A DNA stretch of 64,000 bases from Candidatus Liptonbacteria bacterium (GTDB lineage: Bacteria; Patescibacteriota; Minisyncoccia; UBA6257; 2-01-FULL-56-20), in contig JAHFLL010000001.1 in NCBI GenBank assembly GCA_023244895.1, forward strand, positions 163-64,162, written 5' to 3'. Below are positions 37,491 through 46,645 of the stretch, one piece after another. Under the pieces are notes generated by a model. That model was not told the origin of the DNA. It made no database searches and saw only the letters and a program-made list of their open reading frames with translations. The translations under genes and the position numbers were made by a program. Numbering within the stretch: the stretch's first letter is position 1; each line of letters opens with the position of its first letter.

Positions 37491-37991
37491 ATGTCTCAAC
37501 CAAACATAGACTTAGACAAATTAATACAAAAAGTAGCGGAGCTCAAAAAGTCCGGTACGGTAGATCTCTCCACGGAGGAAGACCTCTCTATCGCGATAAT
37601 GAATCTGATCAGCCTGGAGGAACACTTTTTCTTCTCGGCGGAAAAAACTGGCAAGACGGATTACTTTGACATGCTGAGCGAAGTGCGGGAGATGCGTAAA
37701 TCCCTCTTGGCTAAAATGATGGACAAGAATGAGGGCGAGAGCTGGTGCATTAGTAAACATCTCTTGGCCGCCTCAATGCGCATGATGGAAGTAGGCACTA
37801 AATTGCAGACGGACGGCAAGAAAGAGGAGTCTCGGGACATGTTCCAAAAAGCATACGAGGCCTACTCCATGTTTTGGGCCTTGCGTCTCAAAGTAATTGA
37901 CGCGAGCGGATTCAAAAAAGTCGCGGAAGAAGAAAAGCCTTGGACCTACAAGGACATAGTCAGCAAGTTGGTAAATTGCTGCGACGAGTAA
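37491..37991 (+). CDS. hypothetical cytoplasmic protein
   Basis: The 166-aa ORF looks like clean coding sequence but has no recognisable motif. Confidence 0.5.
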   Translation: MSQPNIDLDKLIQKVAELKKSGTVDLSTEEDLSIAIMNLISLEEHFFFSAEKTGKTDYFDMLSEVREMRKSLLAKMMDKNEGESWCISKHLLAASMRMMEVGTKLQTDGKKEESRDMFQKAYEAYSMFWALRLKVIDASGFKKVAEEEKPWTYKDIVSKLVNCCDE

Positions 37992-38011
37992 TAAAAGACC
38001 AATAATCAACA

Positions 38012-38386
38012 ATGAACAATAAAATAATCTTTTGGGTAATTCTGGTTCTGGCTTGCGTGGCCATAGTCTGGCTTGGCGTAAAAAGCTTTGGACCGGGTCC
38101 GACCGGCAAGTACGACACCTTTGCTAAATGCATAGCTAGTAAAAAGGTAACAATGTATGGCGCTTATTGGTGCACGCATTGTCAAAACGAAAAACGCAAC
38201 TTTGGCTCTTCTTTCAAGTACGTACCTTACGTGGAGTGTACTCAAGAGACCGCGTTATGCCAGGCTAAGGGCGTAGCTGGGTATCCAACTTGGATAACGG
38301 AAGACGGTAAAAAATACGAAGGCGAACAAGGTCTAAACCGCATAGCGGAGTTTAGCGGTTGCGAGCTGGTTCAAGATGCTAATTAA
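38012..38386 (+). CDS. membrane-anchored thioredoxin-like protein (CxxC)
   Basis: There is an N-terminal TM helix and a WCTHCQ active-site motif. It is adjacent to ccdA. Confidence 0.7.
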   Translation: MNNKIIFWVILVLACVAIVWLGVKSFGPGPTGKYDTFAKCIASKKVTMYGAYWCTHCQNEKRNFGSSFKYVPYVECTQETALCQAKGVAGYPTWITEDGKKYEGEQGLNRIAEFSGCELVQDAN

Positions 38387-39647
38387 AAACGGACAAGAAT
38401 TAGGTTCAACCGAACTGCGCCGCCAGGCTTTGCAGATTTTAGAGGCAGGCTTGGCGGCGGCGGCACCCGATGCGGTCATTCGCAAAAACGTAGAGATATC
38501 CTCCGTGGGGCTTAAAATAGCCGGAGAAGATATTGCTTTCGGAGAATTTGATAGGATTTTTGTTCTCACGTTCGGAAAGTGTGCCTTCTCTTCCGCTCTG
38601 GTCTTAGAAGACATTCTGGGCGATCGTATCTCGGGCGGAGCGGTTTTGGACGTCTATGCCGGCAACCTTAAACATCTGAAGTGTTATGTAGGCGATCATC
38701 CCTATCCCAGCGAGCGCAACATCCTTGCGACTCGCGCGATACTAGAATCCTTGAACGGTTTAACCGCAAGAGATTTGGTTCTTTTCGTTGTCTCGGGTGG
38801 TGGTTCTACTCTCCTGTGCCAGCCCAGCGGCATTACCCTGGAAGATGAGATGGGCATGGTGGAAAATCTTTTTAAAAAAGGGGCGACCATAGCCGAGCTG
38901 AATACGGTACGCAAGCATATCTCCTCCGCGCGCGGGGGATTTATGGCGATGAGGGCCTATCCTGCGCGAGTTTTCTCCCTGATTTTTTCAGATGTGCCCG
39001 GGAATGATCTCGGACTAATTTCTTCTGGTCCTACCGTTAAAGATAAAACTACCACAGATGAGGTACGGGGAATACTTTATAAATATGGAATCGGTTTGCC
39101 CGAAGCGGGGATTCTGGAAACCCCTAAGGAGGAAAAGTTTTTTGAAAGGGTGGAAAACATTCTGGTTGCATCCAATCAAATCTCATTAACCGCGATGTCT
39201 TCTAAGGCCAAAGAATTGGGTCTTTCGCCCAAACTAATCAGTTCGTCTCTGGAAGGCGAGGCAAGAGTTGTTGGCTCAAAAATAATCCAAGAAATACGTC
39301 TCGCCACTCCGGGAACCGTGAATCTATACGCGGGGGAGACCACGGTGACCATAAAGGGAGATGGCCAGGGCGGACGTAATCAGGAATTAGTATTGGGCGC
39401 GGTGGATGGAGTAGAGAAAGGAGAGTTGCTTGCGTCTATCGCTTCCGACGGCAGAGATAACGGCGACCATGCCGGCGCGTTGTGTGATATAATAACCAGA
39501 GAAAAATCCGTCGTACTAAATTTAAATACGGGCGATTATCTGGCGCGCAACGATTCTTATAATTTCTTCCGCGCAACCAAGGACTATTTGGAAACCGGGC
39601 GGACCGGAGCAAATCTTTCTGATTTGATGATCGCCATCAAATCCTAA
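38376..39647 (+). CDS. glycerate 2-kinase (MOFRL/GckA family)
   Basis: The 423-aa ORF has the ILEAGLAAAAPDAVIRKN N-terminal region and a MOFRL-like C-terminal domain. Its neighbours ppsA, 2-hydroxyacid dehydrogenase and enolase fit the same pathway. Confidence 0.6.
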   Translation: MLIKNGQELGSTELRRQALQILEAGLAAAAPDAVIRKNVEISSVGLKIAGEDIAFGEFDRIFVLTFGKCAFSSALVLEDILGDRISGGAVLDVYAGNLKHLKCYVGDHPYPSERNILATRAILESLNGLTARDLVLFVVSGGGSTLLCQPSGITLEDEMGMVENLFKKGATIAELNTVRKHISSARGGFMAMRAYPARVFSLIFSDVPGNDLGLISSGPTVKDKTTTDEVRGILYKYGIGLPEAGILETPKEEKFFERVENILVASNQISLTAMSSKAKELGLSPKLISSSLEGEARVVGSKIIQEIRLATPGTVNLYAGETTVTIKGDGQGGRNQELVLGAVDGVEKGELLASIASDGRDNGDHAGALCDIITREKSVVLNLNTGDYLARNDSYNFFRATKDYLETGRTGANLSDLMIAIKS

Positions 39648-42091
39648 TGGGCAAAAACAACAAGTTCATATTGTGGTTTAAGGAGGTCGGCATAGAAGAC
39701 ATCCCGCTGGTGGGTGGCAAAAATGCCGCCTTGGGTGAGATGGTGAGTAATTTGGTGCCACTGGGCATTAGCGTGCCGGATGGCTTTGCGCTTACATCTT
39801 ACGCCTATAGATATTTTTTAGAAAAAGCAGGGCTCGCGAATGATATTAAAAAGATTTTAACGGGACTTAACACGCACAACATCGCTGATTTACAGCGGCG
39901 CGGCAAGTTGGTACGCCAAACTATTTTAAAAGCAAAATTGCCCGCCGACTTGAACGAGGCAGTAGCGGAGGCTTACGCCAAAATGTGCGATAAGTATTAC
40001 GGCAACGTGGACGTGGCAGTACGCTCTTCCGCCACCGCGGAGGATTTACCCGGTTCTTCCTTCGCCGGTCAGCAGGAAACATATTTGAACGTTTCGGGCA
40101 TTGAGGAAGTTTTAATAGCGGTCAAGAAATGTATCGCATCTCTTTTTACGGACCGCGCGATTTCTTACCGTACCGATAAGGGCTTTTCTCATTTTGACGT
40201 GGCGCTTTCAGTGGGGGTGCAAAAAATGGTCCGCTCCGATCTGGCTGTTTCGGGTGTGGCCTTTACGCTTGATACCGAGACCGGTTTTGACGGAGTAGTG
40301 GAAATAAACGCTTCTTATGGCTTGGGCGAAATGATCGTGCAGGGCAAGGTCACTCCGGATGAGTTTATTGTTTTTAAGCCTACCTTAGATAAGAAACATA
40401 ACTCCATCATAGCGCGTACCCTAGGAGACAAAGAGGCCAAAATTATTTATTCCGCGAAGGGTATAAAGGAAGTTGCGGTACCCCAAAAAGACAGGGCTAG
40501 ATATTGTCTGAGCGACGCGGAGGTTATGAAGCTGGCTTCCTGGTGCGTAAGGATTGAGCAATATTTTTCCAAGAAGCACGGGCATAAACAGCCCATGGAT
40601 ATAGAGTGGGCAAAAGACGGCAAAACAGAAGAGTTGTTTATCGTGCAGGCCCGGCCGGAAACAATCCACTCTTCCAAGGACCACAATCTAGTGGAAGAGT
40701 ATCGTCTCCAGAAGACCGGCAAAGTGTTGGTAACCGGAATACCGGTGGGAGGCAAAATCGGTCAAGGAGAAGTTTCTATTTTAAACAGTTCCAAGCAAAT
40801 CAAGGATTTTCCGAAAGGAGGAGTGTTGGTAACCGACATTACCGACCCGGATTGGGAGCCGATTATGAAAATAGCTTCCGCAATCGTGACCAATAAAGGC
40901 GGTCGCACCAGTCACGCCGCGATTGTTTCCCGCGAGCTGGGCATTCCCTGTATCGTGGGTACAGATAACGGAACCAGCATTTTGAAATCCAGACAGGTGG
41001 TCACAGTGGACTGCTCCGGCGAAGAGGGCAAGGTTTATGAGGGCAAGCTGCCTTTTGAGCGCATAGAGCATCATATCGGCAAACTGCCCAAAACGCGCAC
41101 CAAGATAATGGTAAACGTCGGTTCGCCGGACGAAGCCTTCAAGAGCCACTATCTACCCACTAAGGGCGTCGGTTTGGGACGGCTGGAATTTATCATCGCT
41201 TCCCACATTGGCATTCACCCTAACGCCCTGCTTGATTTTCGTAAGATAAAGTCCGAGTCGGGCGCGAAAAAAGAGCTAAAACAATTAGTGCTGGAGATAG
41301 AGAAGAGGACCGCTGGCTACGCGGTTAAGGAAGATTATTATGTGGACAAACTGGCGGAGGGTATTGCGAAAATCGGAGCGGCGTTTTACCCCAGCGACGT
41401 GATTATCCGCTTTTCGGACTTTAAGACCAATGAGTATCGCACCCTTCTGGGCGGAGATTTGTATGAACCGCACGAGGAAAATCCAATGCTTGGCTGGCGC
41501 GGAGCCTCTCGCTACTACAATCGCAATTTTGATAAAGCCTTTGGCTTGGAATGCAGAGCTTTGGTAAAGGTAAGGGACGAGATGGGGCTTAAAAATGTTT
41601 TGCCCATGATTCCATTCTGTCGCACACCGGAAGAGGGCAAGAAGGTGGTAGCGATTATGGCCAAACATGGCTTAGACCGGAAGAGCGACAAGACCTTGAA
41701 GATTTACGTAATGTGCGAAATTCCTTCCAATGTATTGCGCGCCGAAAACTTCTTGGAGATTTTTGATGGCATGTCTATCGGGTCCAACGATCTGTCCCAA
41801 TTAGTCTTAGGCTTGGATCGCGACTCCGGTATCGTGGCGGGCATCTCTAATGAAAATGACTATGCCGTGAAAGAAATGATAGCGGAGGTTATCCGGGTTT
41901 GCCGCAAGAAGAGAAAGTACATCGGTATCTGCGGGCAGGCGCCTTCAGACTATCCCGACTTTGCCCAGTTCTTGGTGGCGGAAGGAATCGAGAGTATGTC
42001 CTTAAATCCAGACTCCATTGTGAAAACAATTCCTAAAATAGCGGAGGCGGAAAAGAAGCATCGCCATCTTCTGAGGTTTCTGTGGAGGTAG
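39647..42091 (+). CDS. ppsA: phosphoenolpyruvate synthase (pyruvate, water dikinase)
   Basis: The N-terminal region is IPLVGGKNAALGEM, the phosphohistidine domain has GGRTSHAAIVSRELGIPCIVG, and a C-terminal PEP-utilizing TIM-barrel domain is present. Confidence 0.9.
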   Translation: MGKNNKFILWFKEVGIEDIPLVGGKNAALGEMVSNLVPLGISVPDGFALTSYAYRYFLEKAGLANDIKKILTGLNTHNIADLQRRGKLVRQTILKAKLPADLNEAVAEAYAKMCDKYYGNVDVAVRSSATAEDLPGSSFAGQQETYLNVSGIEEVLIAVKKCIASLFTDRAISYRTDKGFSHFDVALSVGVQKMVRSDLAVSGVAFTLDTETGFDGVVEINASYGLGEMIVQGKVTPDEFIVFKPTLDKKHNSIIARTLGDKEAKIIYSAKGIKEVAVPQKDRARYCLSDAEVMKLASWCVRIEQYFSKKHGHKQPMDIEWAKDGKTEELFIVQARPETIHSSKDHNLVEEYRLQKTGKVLVTGIPVGGKIGQGEVSILNSSKQIKDFPKGGVLVTDITDPDWEPIMKIASAIVTNKGGRTSHAAIVSRELGIPCIVGTDNGTSILKSRQVVTVDCSGEEGKVYEGKLPFERIEHHIGKLPKTRTKIMVNVGSPDEAFKSHYLPTKGVGLGRLEFIIASHIGIHPNALLDFRKIKSESGAKKELKQLVLEIEKRTAGYAVKEDYYVDKLAEGIAKIGAAFYPSDVIIRFSDFKTNEYRTLLGGDLYEPHEENPMLGWRGASRYYNRNFDKAFGLECRALVKVRDEMGLKNVLPMIPFCRTPEEGKKVVAIMAKHGLDRKSDKTLKIYVMCEIPSNVLRAENFLEIFDGMSIGSNDLSQLVLGLDRDSGIVAGISNENDYAVKEMIAEVIRVCRKKRKYIGICGQAPSDYPDFAQFLVAEGIESMSLNPDSIVKTIPKIAEAEKKHRHLLRFLWR

Positions 42092-42138
42092 TTTTTATAA
42101 CTTTTTTATCTTTGCATCTCGCGTGTTAGAATTAACCC

Positions 42139-43143
42139 ATGATTATAGGTTTTTTTGAGACCGAGCCATGGGAAGAGGAAGCCCTAAGAAAATCATTCCC
42201 ACAGGATGAATTAGTCTTTGTTCCCCATATAATCGGTCCGGATAATTTGCCCGAGCGTAAAGACCTGGAGGCTATTTGCGTATTCGTGCAGTCGCACGTA
42301 ACAGAGGAGGTTCTAAAAGAATTGCCTCAGTTAAAGATGATAACCACTCGCAGTACGGGCTTTGACCACATAGATGTTGTCTCCGCGAAGGCGCGCGGCA
42401 TAAGAGTTATGTATGTGCCGGGCTATGGAGACAACACCGTAGCGGAGATGGCCTTTGGATTACTGCTTAATCTGACTCGCAAAATATATCTTTCCATTGA
42501 CCGTATTAAAGAAACTGGTTCGTTCGCTTTGGATGGTCTGCGGGGTACGGACCTGAAGGGCAAAACCATAGGTATCATCGGAACTGGACGGATCGGGAGA
42601 GAGGCGATTAAAATCGCGAGAGGTTTTGGCATGGAGGTTTTGGCATATGATGTTATGCCCAATCCCGCCCTGCCACCGGAATTGGGCTTTAGATATGTCC
42701 CCCTAGAAGAACTTCTTGCCCAGTCAGATGTTATTTCTCTGCATTGCCCATATACGCCCGAGACCAAGCACATCATCAACTCTAAGAATATTGGGCGTAT
42801 CAAAAAGGGCGCGTACCTGATAAATACCGCGCGCGGAGGATTGGTAGAAACAGAAGCACTAACCGAGGCTTTGCGAGTAGGCGCCTTGGTCGGAGCGGGT
42901 TTGGATGTGATAGAAGAGGAGGGCGAGATGCACGACGAGCTCAAGGTTCTGTCTCAGGGTCATCCCCAGGAAGAAGAGCTAAAAGTTATGCTTCAGAATC
43001 ATGCTTTAATGAAAATGCCGAACGTTCTGATTACACCGCACAACGCCTTCAACTCCGATGGCGCACTTCGCAGAATACTGGAAACAACTATTCTTAATAT
43101 AGACTCGTTCAAAAAGGGCGTAGTAACCAATTTAGTTCCGTAA
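42139..43143 (+). CDS. D-isomer-specific 2-hydroxyacid dehydrogenase (NAD-binding)
   Basis: The Rossmann motif is GIIGTGRIGREAIKIARGFGMEV, and catalytic R/E/H region spacing is present. Confidence 0.85.
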   Translation: MIIGFFETEPWEEEALRKSFPQDELVFVPHIIGPDNLPERKDLEAICVFVQSHVTEEVLKELPQLKMITTRSTGFDHIDVVSAKARGIRVMYVPGYGDNTVAEMAFGLLLNLTRKIYLSIDRIKETGSFALDGLRGTDLKGKTIGIIGTGRIGREAIKIARGFGMEVLAYDVMPNPALPPELGFRYVPLEELLAQSDVISLHCPYTPETKHIINSKNIGRIKKGAYLINTARGGLVETEALTEALRVGALVGAGLDVIEEEGEMHDELKVLSQGHPQEEELKVMLQNHALMKMPNVLITPHNAFNSDGALRRILETTILNIDSFKKGVVTNLVP

Positions 43144-43145
43144 CA

Positions 43146-44333
43146 ATGAAAGTAGAAGCGCTTAAATATAGAACAGTTTTTAATTCCGGCGGGCACGCGG
43201 CGTTGGAGGTCGGGATTATGTCGGACAAAAGATGGTATTTTTCCCAAATTCCGTCCGGACAGAGCGCGGGCGAGAGGGAGGCGAAAGTATTTTCCGTGCC
43301 GGAGGTGCAATCCGTCTGGAAAAAGATAAACTTGCAAGCGGAGGGTCGTAAGTTCAAAAATTTGGCGGAGTTTGATGATTTTATTTTGCGATTGGATGGC
43401 ACCGAACGCAAAACAGTTTTAGGTGGGAATGTTCTCTTGGGCCTGTCTCTCGCCTTCGCGCGCGCCCTAGCGGACGGGAAGCGGATGGAGTTGTGGGAGA
43501 TTTTGCGCGAGGAGTTTTTCGGCAAGGTTAGGGGCGTGGAATATCCGGTCATATATGCCAACTTGATTGAGGGCGGAGTGCATGCCCAGAATAACTTAGA
43601 CATTCAGGAGTATCTAGTTTTGGCCCAAACCGGTCCAAACCCAATCGCTACGGTCGGGGAATTAATAGCGTTTTATGAAACGTTAGGAGAATATCTGGCC
43701 AATAAAGCTAAATTGCGCCCATTACCCATCGGTTCCGAGAGCGGATATAACCTTATCTGGAGGAATAACGAAGAGCCGATTACCGCCTTGGCTAAAATAA
43801 TTAAAGCCACTAATTTGCCATTCCGTATCGGCCTGGATGTGGCCGCGAGTGAGTTTTACGAAGATGGAGCTTATCGTTTTGAAGGACGCAAGAAAACTAC
43901 GCTAAATTTGCGGAATATCTACGCCAAGTATTTTAAAAAATATCCTGGACTGATTTCCCTGGAGGATCCTTTTGGAGAAAACAATCGGGACGGGTTTAGA
44001 GAGATAATGAAAAATTCAGAGGGCAGGTTAGTGGTGGGGGACGACCTGACGACCACCAATCCGAAAGAAATAGAAAGGTGCGCCAGGGAAAAACTTATCT
44101 CGGGGGTGATTATAAAAGCCAATCAGATTGGCACCCTCTCCGAGACTTGTTTGGCGATAGAAACGGCGCATAGGAATGGCTTAAAATGCATCATTTCTCA
44201 TCGCGGGCAGGAAACGGAAGACGTGTTTTTAATGCATATTGCTCGCGCCGCGAACGCTTACGGCGTGAAAATCGGCGCGCCCGGCCGGGAAAGGATTTTA
44301 AAGTATAACGAGCTTTTAAGGTTGTACCCCTAG
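43146..44333 (+). CDS. eno: enolase (divergent)
   Basis: The C-terminal DDLTTTNPKEIERC...IKANQIGTLSETC...SHRGQETEDVFLMHIARAANAYGVKIGAPGRERILKYNELLRL matches enolase signature regions. The N-terminus has SGQSAGEREA, an enolase-like motif. Confidence 0.8.
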   Translation: MKVEALKYRTVFNSGGHAALEVGIMSDKRWYFSQIPSGQSAGEREAKVFSVPEVQSVWKKINLQAEGRKFKNLAEFDDFILRLDGTERKTVLGGNVLLGLSLAFARALADGKRMELWEILREEFFGKVRGVEYPVIYANLIEGGVHAQNNLDIQEYLVLAQTGPNPIATVGELIAFYETLGEYLANKAKLRPLPIGSESGYNLIWRNNEEPITALAKIIKATNLPFRIGLDVAASEFYEDGAYRFEGRKKTTLNLRNIYAKYFKKYPGLISLEDPFGENNRDGFREIMKNSEGRLVVGDDLTTTNPKEIERCAREKLISGVIIKANQIGTLSETCLAIETAHRNGLKCIISHRGQETEDVFLMHIARAANAYGVKIGAPGRERILKYNELLRLYP

Positions 44334-44339
44334 TATAAA

Positions 44340-44680
44340 AATTTTTGAGCCCCGGACGCGATGATGCTGCATCCGGGGCTTCCCGCCACCCTCAGGCAAC
44401 GGCCCTTCGAACCTGGCGAGGGTCGACCCGATACCGCCCGCACAAAGTGGTGTATCGGAGCAACCACCCCCCGAACGTTCGCTTCGCGAAGCGAAGCAAT
44501 CCTCCCTTGGTCCGGCCAAGGAGCTTGTAGCCGAACCGGAACAACTCTCGCGCCGCCCTTCCGAGACGACGCATCGCTTCTTGCGCTGGCCCTTTGCGCA
44601 TATTCCAGCCTCCTCATGTGCTGGAATTGGTCCGCTTGCCCCGCTGGGATGGGTAGGGCGAACGTGACTGATTTCCAATG
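44340..44680 (+). other. 340-bp GC-rich (about 62%) non-coding segment dense in hairpins/palindromes; candidate structured RNA or foreign DNA remnant
   Basis: There is no convincing ORF. Hairpins include GCCCCGGA...TCCGGGGC, a perfect 20-bp palindrome CTTCGCTTCGCGAAGCGAAG, CCTTGGtccggCCAAGG and CCGATAC...GTATCGG. Confidence 0.3.
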
Positions 44681-44767
44681 ATAATTGTTTTTTTATTCAG
44701 GTCAAGTGCTGTTTCTTATCATTATTTACTACTATCTACTTACTGCATACTTTTATATAATGTATTC

Positions 44768-45109
44768 ATGAAGCACCACCTGGGTATGAAGCATTTAAAT
44801 GATCGTATTCAAAAGGGAGAAGTAGCGGAGGTAGAGTTAGAGAGAAAACTGCACTTGATGTGGCTGGATCGTTTGGCGTTAGGAATGGGGATTCTTGGAC
44901 CACTAACAGCCCTTCCGCAATTATGGGTCATTCTTTCAGCTCGGTCCTCGGAAGGCGTGTCTTTGTGGACCTGGCTCCTATCTATCTTTACTTCGCTCGT
45001 TTGGACTGCATATGGGCTGGCCCACCGGGAAAAGGTAATCATAGTTCCGGGTCTTTTGTGGTTGGTTCTGGAGGTGGCTATAGTGCTCGCGATAGTGGCT
45101 TATCCCTAG
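44768..45109 (+). CDS. SemiSWEET (PQ-loop) sugar transporter
   Basis: A protein of about 113 aa with 3 TM helices and the PQ motif GILGPLTALPQLWVIL. I chose the ATG at 44768 over the longer AT-rich upstream extension. Confidence 0.6.
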   Translation: MKHHLGMKHLNDRIQKGEVAEVELERKLHLMWLDRLALGMGILGPLTALPQLWVILSARSSEGVSLWTWLLSIFTSLVWTAYGLAHREKVIIVPGLLWLVLEVAIVLAIVAYP

Positions 45110-45208
45110 TTTCTAAATAGATTAGAGATAATTTTGTGTAGTATAAAATGCTCTGGCCCGGACGCGAATGTCCGGGCCGAGTTGTTGCGCACTCCGTTCG
45201 CCGTGTAA

Positions 45209-45664
45209 TTACCGCCGCGGCGGCATTGGGGCCACGTCGTCCTTCTTGGCGTAGAAGAACCAGAACGTAGCCTTAGTGCTGTCGTCCAACGCCGTGCCTT
45301 GATCGGGAGGAGAGATCCTGATTTCCAGAATCTCATATCTCTCCGGGTTGGATTGTCCCATCCGGAAGATCTCCCACCAAGTCACCCCCGAACATGCTCT
45401 GGGGTAAGCATCGCCCTTCGCGAAAGAGCACTCCACGGCCGTGGTCATGATGCCCAGGGGGTTCTGAGTCCGCCTCTCGAGTTCGGGGAGTCGGTAGAGT
45501 ACTGCCGCCCCCATGGAGGCCACGCTTCCCGCTCTACCCCCCGAGGAAGATCCCAGCATTCCTCCGAGCAGTCCGCCGAAAAACGCGCCCTGGGCGTTGA
45601 CGGGCATGACCGACAGAACTAGCATCGCAAAGATCCCAATGATTGTGACGAGCACTTTCTTCAT
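45209..45664 (-). CDS. small secreted Gly-rich hypothetical protein on high-GC patch
   Basis: The signal peptide is MKKVLVTIIGIFAMLVLSVMPVNAQG, followed by GGLLGGMLGSSSGG. Confidence 0.4.
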   Translation of the reverse strand: MKKVLVTIIGIFAMLVLSVMPVNAQGAFFGGLLGGMLGSSSGGRAGSVASMGAAVLYRLPELERRTQNPLGIMTTAVECSFAKGDAYPRACSGVTWWEIFRMGQSNPERYEILEIRISPPDQGTALDDSTKATFWFFYAKKDDVAPMPPRR

Positions 45665-45835
45665 TTGGTGCGGCCCCCCTTCGAGCCGAGTCTGGGCGCA
45701 ATAATGAAACATATTAAGCTGTGAGTCAAGAGTTGGTCAGATAACCATGTTCATGCTAAATTTATGGATATGATTTAGCTGTTTTACTCATCAACCGGCA
45801 CGTTTAGAAATTAGGTCAATTAGAAACTTATCAAA

Positions 45836-46534
45836 ATGCTTTTATCTCAAGAACAAATATTAAAACATATAGAGCAGGGTACGATTGTAATAGACCCCTT
45901 TAACCCTAAGCAGCTTAAAACTACCAGCTACGACGTTACTCTGGGAGAGTGGTATTTTAGAGAAAAGACTCCGGCGGATGGTTCGGCCATATACAATATG
46001 TATGACGAAGCGCACACCGCCCAGGTTTGGGAGGGTCCCTTTGAGGCGGAAAAGGTCTCCGATCTTTTAGAGCGGTTGGACATAGACTTTAAAAACGTAC
46101 CCAAAGATGCCCGTGCGATATTGCTTGGTCCGCACGAGACAATTCTCGCGCACACCCAGGAGTTTATTGGTGGCAAGGATGTGGTGGTTGCCAAGATGCA
46201 CGCCCGCTCCTCTATGGGCAGGAATTTTCTGGAAGTCTGTAAAGACGCCGGCTGGGGAGATGTGGGCTACTTCAATCGCTGGACTATGCAGATAACCAAC
46301 AACTCCCAGCACTATACCATCCCGCTTATCGTTGGCAGAAGAATAGCGCAGATAATTTTCTATGAAGTTGCGCCGCTTACCGATAAAAAGGTGGACTACG
46401 TGGGCGAAGGCGGAAAATATCAGACCTCCCAAGAACTAGAGAAAATGAAGCAAGAATGGAGACCGGAAATGATGTTGCCTCAAATGCACTTGGACTGGGA
46501 AGTAAAGCTGATGCAGGGAGAGTTAAAGATGTAA
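45836..46534 (+). CDS. dcd: dCTP deaminase family protein
   Basis: The 232-aa protein has an N-terminal IEQGTIVIDPFNPKQLKTTSYDVTLG, matching the Dcd/dUTPase-fold signature. Confidence 0.75.
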   Translation: MLLSQEQILKHIEQGTIVIDPFNPKQLKTTSYDVTLGEWYFREKTPADGSAIYNMYDEAHTAQVWEGPFEAEKVSDLLERLDIDFKNVPKDARAILLGPHETILAHTQEFIGGKDVVVAKMHARSSMGRNFLEVCKDAGWGDVGYFNRWTMQITNNSQHYTIPLIVGRRIAQIIFYEVAPLTDKKVDYVGEGGKYQTSQELEKMKQEWRPEMMLPQMHLDWEVKLMQGELKM

Positions 46535-46645
46535 TTGACCTAATTGCTTTAATTTCTAAACAGCCACCAATGATTTAGCTTATCAATTATCTATCGTATA
46601 GTGTTCAGGTCAATTAGGAATTAGAATAATTATAAATTTAAAATA

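Noticed and set aside
44340-44680. GC-rich hairpin-dense segment considered as RNase P RNA, tmRNA or SRP RNA
   Set aside because: Its size fits, but I found none of the conserved sequence blocks on either strand by eye. I reported it only as a candidate structured or foreign segment that needs an Rfam scan.
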